A stretch of 64,000 nucleotides of DNA. It comes from the human T2T-CHM13v2.0 reference genome, Homo sapiens. The stretch lies in the NCBI RefSeq assembly GCF_009914755.1, contig NC_060938.1; one strand, given 5' to 3'. This document shows positions 55,803 to 64,000 of this stretch, in pieces. The number at the start of each line of letters is the position of its first letter. The first letter of the stretch is position 1. The notes under the pieces were generated by a model. The model ran no database searches, was not told where the DNA came from, and saw only the letters and a program-made list of their open reading frames with translations. The translations under genes and the position numbers were made by a program.

Positions 55803-56619
55803 TACACAATCTTTTCTTGAGAACTTAGTTGTCACCGTGGAAACCCATCACTGGCCATTGCTGTGGCACACAGAGCTCTCCAGAGCTGATGTCACCTGAG
55901 AAGTACCCTGCCTATGCCCACTGTGGGGCTGGGGAGCTCTGGACAGAGTCAACTAAAGCTGGGAATATACCAGCTCATTTTAACATCTGTCAGCGTTGCC
56001 TGGTCCCCCAAGACAGGAAATACATGAAAATTATGCACAATTCCACAGAGTTTCAAGGTCTTTGGATTCTAATGGAAAGACGCTTACATATATTAAGATA
56101 CAAAAAAATGTAAATCCAGTCTAGTGACAGCCAGAGGGCAGGGGACGTAGACTAATACAAGTGGACAGAGAAATCCGTAATGTTTACCGTGAATCTAAGG
56201 AGTGTGGGCCACATGAAATCTGCCTCTTTATTTTGTGGCCTCATTTACAAATGACTATAAAAAGGAGCTCAACCCAGGAGTCAGGGGCACAGACACCCAG
56301 CCGAGCTCAGGAGGACACCTGTTGGTCACCGAAACATCTCAGCAAGCCGGGAAGGCAGCCCCACCTTCCCACCCAAATTCACCTAGGAAGGCGATGCCCA
56401 AAACTACCTGGGATGACACAATTGATGGTTTCTTTAGTGAAATAAACATCATTTTCTTTGCTCTTCTCTCCTACCTCCCTCTACCCTTCCTTTAAAAAAT
56501 AAAATAAAATAAAAATTTTAAAAAAGGAAATAATTGGGGGCAAAAGTTTTGCTGAGAGTATCTAAACTATGGAATCTGCCTTTAGTGTTTCTGTAGGATA
56601 AGAAACAATTTGGCCTCAA

Positions 56620-56768
<149 letters not shown>

Positions 56769-57570
56769 TAAAAAATGTGAACTGGAGAGCCAGATTTACT
56801 TACTGGTCTGTTATTTCCTGCAATCTCAATGACCGTGAGGCTTGTGACTGAGGCACAAGTTGAGTTGAGCCACTGTATGCTAGATCTATGAGGATGGGAG
56901 GCCGAGGGTGGAAGGGAAGCTGGCGAGGCTGTGTCGGGTGGTCCTGAAGTCGGCCTCCAGTGGGAAGAGCACTAGTCCCTGGGTGGGCAGGTGCAGACCA
57001 CGGGCTGTGGTTCCAAGGCCAGACCCCATGGCCTCCTGCCTCCCCTTTCCCACAGCAAAGGTCACCACAAAGGCCAGGGGCAGGTTCTCCTGGGAGATCG
57101 CCCAGGGTGCAGGTTGCTGATGGCTTCCTACATTTCGGGTGAGAAGGGGCCTGCTTGTCCACCTTTGTGAGCTTCCTCAGGGCGAAGAAGAATTAGAAAT
57201 TCCGAGGACTGAACTGCATTCCTGGGCAGCCTCCAGGAGCCTCCAATTGCTCAGACTTTCCTTCTTAAAGTTGCCAGAAGCCCCTGGTAGGTCCCTTTCA
57301 GAAAGCATCTGATTTGGAATTTATAGCAATTCTCCCACTGGGCAGTCGAGGGTGAGAGGTGGGCCGGGTGCGGCGCTGGTTGCTGGGGAAGAGACGTTTC
57401 CAAAGATCCCTGAGGTGTGGAAGTCAGGGGGAGAGGCGTCCTCATGGGAAGCAGGTCTTTCCATGCTTGGACAATTTGTGTGAGCATCTTTTACCCCCAG
57501 GAACATTTAGAATAAAGCAGAGAAATGCTTAAGGAAATCAGGTCTGTAGAATGAATTCCTTAAACAAGAC

Positions 57571-57612
57571 ATCAATGCAGATCAACATATCGATGCAGAT
57601 CAATGTATCAAT
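57571..57612. repeat. 18-bp tandem duplication
   Basis: atcaatgcagatcaacat / atcgatgcagatcaatgt. Confidence 0.8.
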
Positions 57613-58224
57613 TGTTCTAACTATTTGAAATACTCACTGTATTTCAAACATAGTATTTCAAATATTTATAACGATTAAGAGAATCTGTCCATTAGAATAA
57701 CAGACCAGCCTTGAGACTTTAACTTAAAATGTGGCATTAAATAATCAACTTAGATTTTGATTTGAAGTCAAAATCTCAGTAAGGTCATATATACTATACA
57801 AGAAAACTTAAAAGACCACAAGGTGTAACATACTTATGAGCTTAATTAGACTTATAAGAATTGCTTAAGTGCTCTAAGAGGCTTGTTTGTTGAGTCAGGC
57901 AATTGAGTACTTATAAATTTAATAAGTTCGATTTCCTTTACAAATGCAGCTTAAAATGTTTAAAGGAGTTTAATTAACTAAGTTTGCAAATCAGACCAAA
58001 CATTAATAAAAGGCCTCCTTAAAAGTGATTATTAAAAACTGATAGGCTTATAAATAAAATGAGATCTGTGAACACCTGTCAAAAGCCTAAGGAGAGGTGA
58101 GAATTTAGATTTCATAACTTTCATAAAAATTAATTTCAAAGAGTAAATATCAGAATTACCTTTTCTGCCCCAAATGCTTTGGAACCCTACCTTGCCCATA
58201 TGATGTGATATGTTTTAGTTTTCC

Positions 58225-58330
58225 ATCTTCAATAACAACTTATTGAGGCACCTACTGTGTGGCAGGTACTATACCAGGCACAACTGGGTATGTTCTAACA
58301 ATCATCTGGTAGGAGAGATGTAAATATGTG
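58225..58330 (-). mobile_element. L2 3' fragment
   Basis: ttattgaggcacctactgtgtggcaggtact. Confidence 0.65.
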
Positions 58331-58442
58331 CTACATGAATAACTGCTACATTAGAAAACGGGTGACAATCAACTAAGGAAGACAAAATGCTACAGAAATT
58401 CAAAGAACATACATCAATGAAGGCATCATAATAAAATCTTAT

Positions 58443-59005
<563 letters not shown>

Positions 59006-59009
59006 AAAA

Positions 59010-59333
<324 letters not shown>

Positions 59334-59934
59334 CTAGATCTAGTCTGCAATTTACTTTTTGAGTTGACCCCCTCCCTCACTGTCCTGAAGCATCATCCGC
59401 TGACCTGAGTTTGCCTTACACACAGGTTCACGCTTCTGCTCTTTTACTAACTGGAAACTCAGCTTTCACAACTCTGTTAGGATCGTGTGTAACATAAAGG
59501 TTAACAGGATGTGAGTGAAGGCCCATCAGGCTCTCTGAAAGGGTTTATTTCACAAACGTTTTAACATCTTCACTCAGAACTCTTTCCATTTCCTTTGAGA
59601 CCTTGGTTCTCCATTCTCTACCCATCTTATAGGTGAGGTTGTCAGATAATTGGCCTCTGGACAAGTATTCTTCTATAAGTAGGTTTATCCCTGACCAATT
59701 TTAAATGAAGAATAAGAGCAGCTTTATTTCTAAAATTAAGTCCAAAAGGCAAGAATGCCATTCTGATGAGAAATTAGTAAATTCCCAAGTGATGGGGGCG
59801 GGGGGAGGGGAGGGGAAGGAAATCTAGTTGTTTTCTGACCATTGATCTACCAAGGAGACATAAAAAAAAAAAAAAGGAGGGACAGGGAGAGGGAAAAGGA
59901 GAGGGAGAGGTAGAGAGAGAGAAAGGTAGAGAGA

Positions 59935-60229
59935 GAGAATCTTACTGTCAACCAGGCTGGGGTGCATTTGGTGTGGTCATAGCTCACAGTAGCCTCACAT
60001 TCCTAGGCTTAAGTGATCTTCACACCTCACCTTCTCTAGTAGCTGGGACTACAGGCATGTACCACCGTGCCCAGACAAGTTTTAAATTTTTTATAGAGAT
60101 GGGGTCTCACACCACCACGCCCAGGTAAGTTTTAAATTTTTTGTAGAGATGGGGCCTCACTATGTTACCCAGGCTGGTCTCGAACTCCTGGCCTCAAGCG
60201 ATTATAGGCATGCACCACCATGCCTGGCC
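59935..60229 (-). mobile_element. Rearranged AluJ (internal ~50-bp duplication and ~30-bp deletion)
   Basis: accac..gcccag..aagttttaaattttt..tagagatgggg occurs twice (60061 and 60111). Confidence 0.85.
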
Positions 60230-60298
60230 AGGGAGACTTTTATTTACTCGCTAGAGTAGTATGACTAGTGGGAAAATTTCAAATTATTCTTCATTAAG

Positions 60299-60733
60299 TG
60301 TTATTGGTTGACCTGTGCCTCCCCCAACCCCAATTCATGTGTTCAGGTCCTAACCAGTACCCCAGAACCTGGTCTTATTTGGAATCAGGTTGTTGCTGAC
60401 ATAAATAGTTAAGATGGTCATACTCAAGTAGGATGGGCCCCTAATCCAATATAAGCAGTATCCTTATGAAAAAGGGAGATTTGGACGCAGACAGAAACAC
60501 GAGGAAAACACCATCTGAAGACTGGAACTCTGTGGCCACAAGCCAAGGAACTACCAAAACCTCAGAGAGAGACCTGGAACAGATTCTTCCCCAGAGCCTT
60601 CGAGGGGGACACAGCCCTGCCCACATCTTGACTTCAGACTTCTGATCTCTGAAACTGTGAGACAATAAATCTCTGTTGTTGAAGCCGCTCCGTGCTGGGT
60701 ACTTTGTTACGGCAGCCCTAGCAAACTAACATG
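60299..60733 (+). mobile_element. MLT1B/C-type MaLR LTR
   Basis: cttatttggaa, gaactgtgagacaataaat, gcagccctagcaaactaa; TSD ttaag / ctaag. Confidence 0.88.
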
Positions 60734-61275
60734 CTAAGCAAACAGAGCCAGAAGAAAAAAGCAATTTCAGGAATAGCCTATTACATTATACAAAGACCAA
60801 CTCATTCCATTTCAGGCTTTTTTATATACCCTGAATTAGACTCCAAGTAAAACAAGAATGATCTCAGTCAACATGCTGGTACCCCTCAGCACCCATGAAG
60901 GAGGAATTTTAAGCTGTTCTGGGGTCTGGCTGACTCCCATTTGTCCAAATCAGGATTTTTCTATGTCTCAAAAAATAAAGTGAATGAGGCTGCAATATTG
61001 ACATAAACCGTAACACATGTTCACAGCGGATCTCCTTCCCAACAGCTTGGAATAAGCTCTTTGCTCTCATTTAATTCTTCATCAATTGGACTCCCTTCAC
61101 GGCATTTACTCCAACTAGACAAAATAAGACTGATCAATTTTTTCCATTTGGTCATGTTGGGTTTCTTCCTGTGGATGGAATATAATAGTCGGTGAACTCA
61201 TGAAATGTGGCGGGTCAGTCATGTTGTTTTCAAAGGTTCTAGACCAGCGGTTCTTCTGAATTTTTGTGGGGTGAT

Positions 61276-61887
61276 TGTGGCAGGTGAACATTAAGATGAC
61301 CCCCAGTGAGTCATCTCTCTCCCCTTGAATGCAGATGGGACTTGTAACTGCCTTCTGGTAATAAAATCCGGCACGATAAAGCACAGTCACCCTGAGATTA
61401 CCTTACATCACAGAAGGCTCCATCTTAGCAGACTGCAAGAAGAGAGTCTCCTATGGCCTTGAAGGAATCGGAGGGCTGGTGAGGGCAGGTGCTCCAGCAG
61501 CTAAGAACGGCCCCCAGCTGATAGCCACCAAAAACAAGGGACCTCGGTCCTAACAACTGCAAGGCACGGAATTCGGCCAACAACCTTATGAGCTTAAAGG
61601 GAAACCCAAGCTTTTGTAGAGATGGGGTCTCCCCAGGCTGGTCTTGAACTCCGGGCCTCAAGCAATCTTCCCACCTCAGCCCCCCAAAGTGCTAGTATCA
61701 CAGGAATGCACCACCGTGCCTGGCCAGGGAGACTGTTACTCACTGGTGGCAGCCTGGGGAGACATTAAGCAGAGGACCCTGCAAAGCTGCACCCAGCCTC
61801 CTAAGCCACAGAATCTGGTATCATTAAAGTGTATTGTTTAAAGCCACTGTTTGTGGTAATTGTTATACAACAAAGAAAACTAATACA
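61276..61887 (+). mobile_element. MLT1E/F-type MaLR LTR with an inserted Alu-derived segment
   Basis: tgtggcagg...gaaaactaataca; TSD gtgat / gtgag. Confidence 0.8.
61612..61744 (-). repeat. Direct duplication C, copy 2 (Alu left arm plus flank, matching 60139-60252)
   Basis: Shares the non-Alu flank agggagact..ttactc and the non-consensus tgcaccacc. Confidence 0.7.
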
Positions 61888-62534
61888 GTGAGGATGTCAT
61901 TTGATGGTCTGATAAAAGAGGCGATCTCTCATTAGCAAAGCTCAGGAAGACACGTTTTGAATTTGATTTTAGGGATTTGTCAGACCTTCTAAACTCTTCA
62001 ATGTACCCTCAAGATGTTCTTCCACGTTCTGGGTTATGAACGTTTCTTTTTGTTTAGTCAATAAAACCTACTGCAAAACTTGGTGACATCTGGGAAACTA
62101 ACAAGGTCACAGTCCGTAAGAATGGCTAAGAATGGCTTGCTGGGCCATTTCAACAGTTTTCAAATGTAAATTTAAATAATTTGTTTTATTCTTAACCTGT
62201 AAGATAGGACCACATTTTAATATTGTACCATATTCAACTTGTGTAGAGTGATAAAAAAGCATAGGTTTGAAGAGAAGGCAATTTCTTATTTTATTAGGAA
62301 AGTATCTTCAATCCTGCCTCTTCTAGATTAACTATAGGAATAAAAAAAGCTGTAGTTTGTAGAAACCATGTGAGTTTTAGAAAGGACATGTTTAGGAAGA
62401 TGGGCTCAGTTCATTTCCTGACAGAGGACTTGTTCAGAACGAATATAACACCTGGAATAAACTGATTTCCTAATCCAAATGTCCTTTGGAGTGATATATT
62501 AGAAAGAAAACAAACAAATAAAAAACTGTAGATT

Positions 62535-62750
62535 TAAGTCCTTGTTCTATTACTTCCTAGCTGTGTACTTGGGAGGAAGTTACCTTATTTCTCTGATTCT
62601 GTGTTTTCTTAACCATAAAATGGGTTGTTGCTTCCCCTCCCGCCTCTTTCCAAAGCATGCTGGCTGTAAAAACGGGCTGTTTTGAGGACCAGATAAAATA
62701 ATAGTCATGAGAGAGCCTTGCACAACACCAGGCCTCGTAATAAGCAATCA
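62535..62750 (+). mobile_element. MIR fragment
   Basis: acttcctagctgtgtacttgggaggaagttacctta..tctctgattctgtgttttct. Confidence 0.65.
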
Positions 62751-63849
62751 GAACAACCAATACAGCCCTGACAAATGGGGTTTATTCCACTGCCCCAGAG
62801 AGGGAGAAGGGAACAGAGGAGTTGAGGATGGCTGCTCTCCAGCACTCGTGTCTAGGGAAAAAGAGGTCTGAGTGGTAGCTGCAGGGACTAAAATAGATAA
62901 GAGTGTCACCCATGACAAAATTCGTCACATTGATTGCCGGGCCAATACCAAACACAATTCAGACTTAGTCAAAGATTTTGTTGTACAAAAGAACTAGAGA
63001 AACAAACATAACCCTAAAACAAACAATCAAAATATCCTATTGCACAAAAGTATTTATTAAGCTCTTGCCACTCTGACCACGGGATTAAAGTAGCTCAGCA
63101 GCGAGAACACTCTTCTATCTTGGTGGCTGTGGGATCACATGAGGGACAGAAAAGAACAACAAAGTTTGCCAAAAGACAGTTGGGATCCATCTTCACCCAA
63201 GTACACACTGTAATGACACCCTAGTTGCAGAAGTTAGATGAGTTGTGAGAATCAACGTGTTGCTGTTTGGGCAGGAACCAAATGCTACTGACCCTTCCCT
63301 AGCAGAAAATACACTTCCGATGGTGTTTCTTTAGTAGGCATGTGTCTCCCCAGCCAATCCTCTGCCAGGCTTGGAGTGCAAGTCCGTGTGCAGTGCTGGG
63401 TACAGGTGGTAAGATGCAGTAGGTTGTCCCTCTGGTGACACTCGCTGAGGCCAATAAGAGATAAAAGGAGGTAGGGCAACACTCAAAAGAGCAAAAAAGA
63501 GCTATAGTACAGCCACCGACCAAACCGAAGGATGTCCACAAGACCTGGGCCAGCCCTGCAGGTACAGGCAGAGGAGAACAGCTCAGGATGGCAGAAGTCC
63601 CTGGCTCCATGGCCCAGAATCCAAACAAAGCAGTGAATGGCCCCACTGGCCTCTTACCCTTGAAGCTCTGCAGTGAGAGACAGGGTACAACACCACTGAT
63701 CAATGGACTTCAGAAAAAGGTAAGGCCCTCAATGCCATGAATTCACTAGTCCAAAACCAAAGGGTCATGGAAACCAATGCTCTTCCAATATGGTATCTCC
63801 ATAGGAAACCAGGGAGGAAGGTATATCCCACCATGCTATCATGTGATTT

Positions 63850-63995
63850 GCTTATATGTCTGTGAACCCAAGAACACTGTAAATCCCTCTATGGAGGGAT
63901 AACACACACCCTTTTCATTTCTTTCATTTCTATATCCCAGGGATCTAACTCATTGGCAGGTACAGAGCACTCAGAAAACGTCTGCTGAATGGACA
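63850..63995 (+). mobile_element. L2 3' fragment
   Basis: ctgtaaatccctct.., tatatcccagg, gagcactcagaaaacgtctgctgaatgga. Confidence 0.5.
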
Positions 63996-64000
63996 ATCCC

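Noticed and set aside
59860-59940. A/GA-rich tract where an antisense Alu T-tail is expected
   Set aside because: Explainable by simple-repeat drift at an old Alu end

Overview
Primate (human-like) non-coding genomic DNA, rich in interspersed repeats: Alu J/S/Y, old L1M, L2, MIR, MER2/MER20, and MaLR, ERV1 and ERVL solo LTRs. I found no supportable protein-coding exon, RNA gene, CRISPR array or pseudogene; the ORF track is Alu-, LTR-, microsatellite-derived or chance ORFs. All 10 recognisable LTR elements lie on the + strand, which suggests the window is inside a large intron of a gene transcribed on the - strand (gene not identified). The main items of interest are: (i) three short non-tandem direct duplications about 1.3-1.5 kb apart, two of which copy a repeat end together with its unique flank; (ii) unique motif-dense enhancer-like blocks, notably an RFX X-box abutting a forkhead site at ~24.9 kb; (iii) a CpG-retaining nested ERV1 LTR next to a - strand exon-like segment at ~40.1-40.4 kb; (iv) a ~900 bp AT-rich island with palindromes. 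I see no convincing evidence for a wholly new biological system. Repeat subfamily names come from recalled consensus sequences and are approximate.
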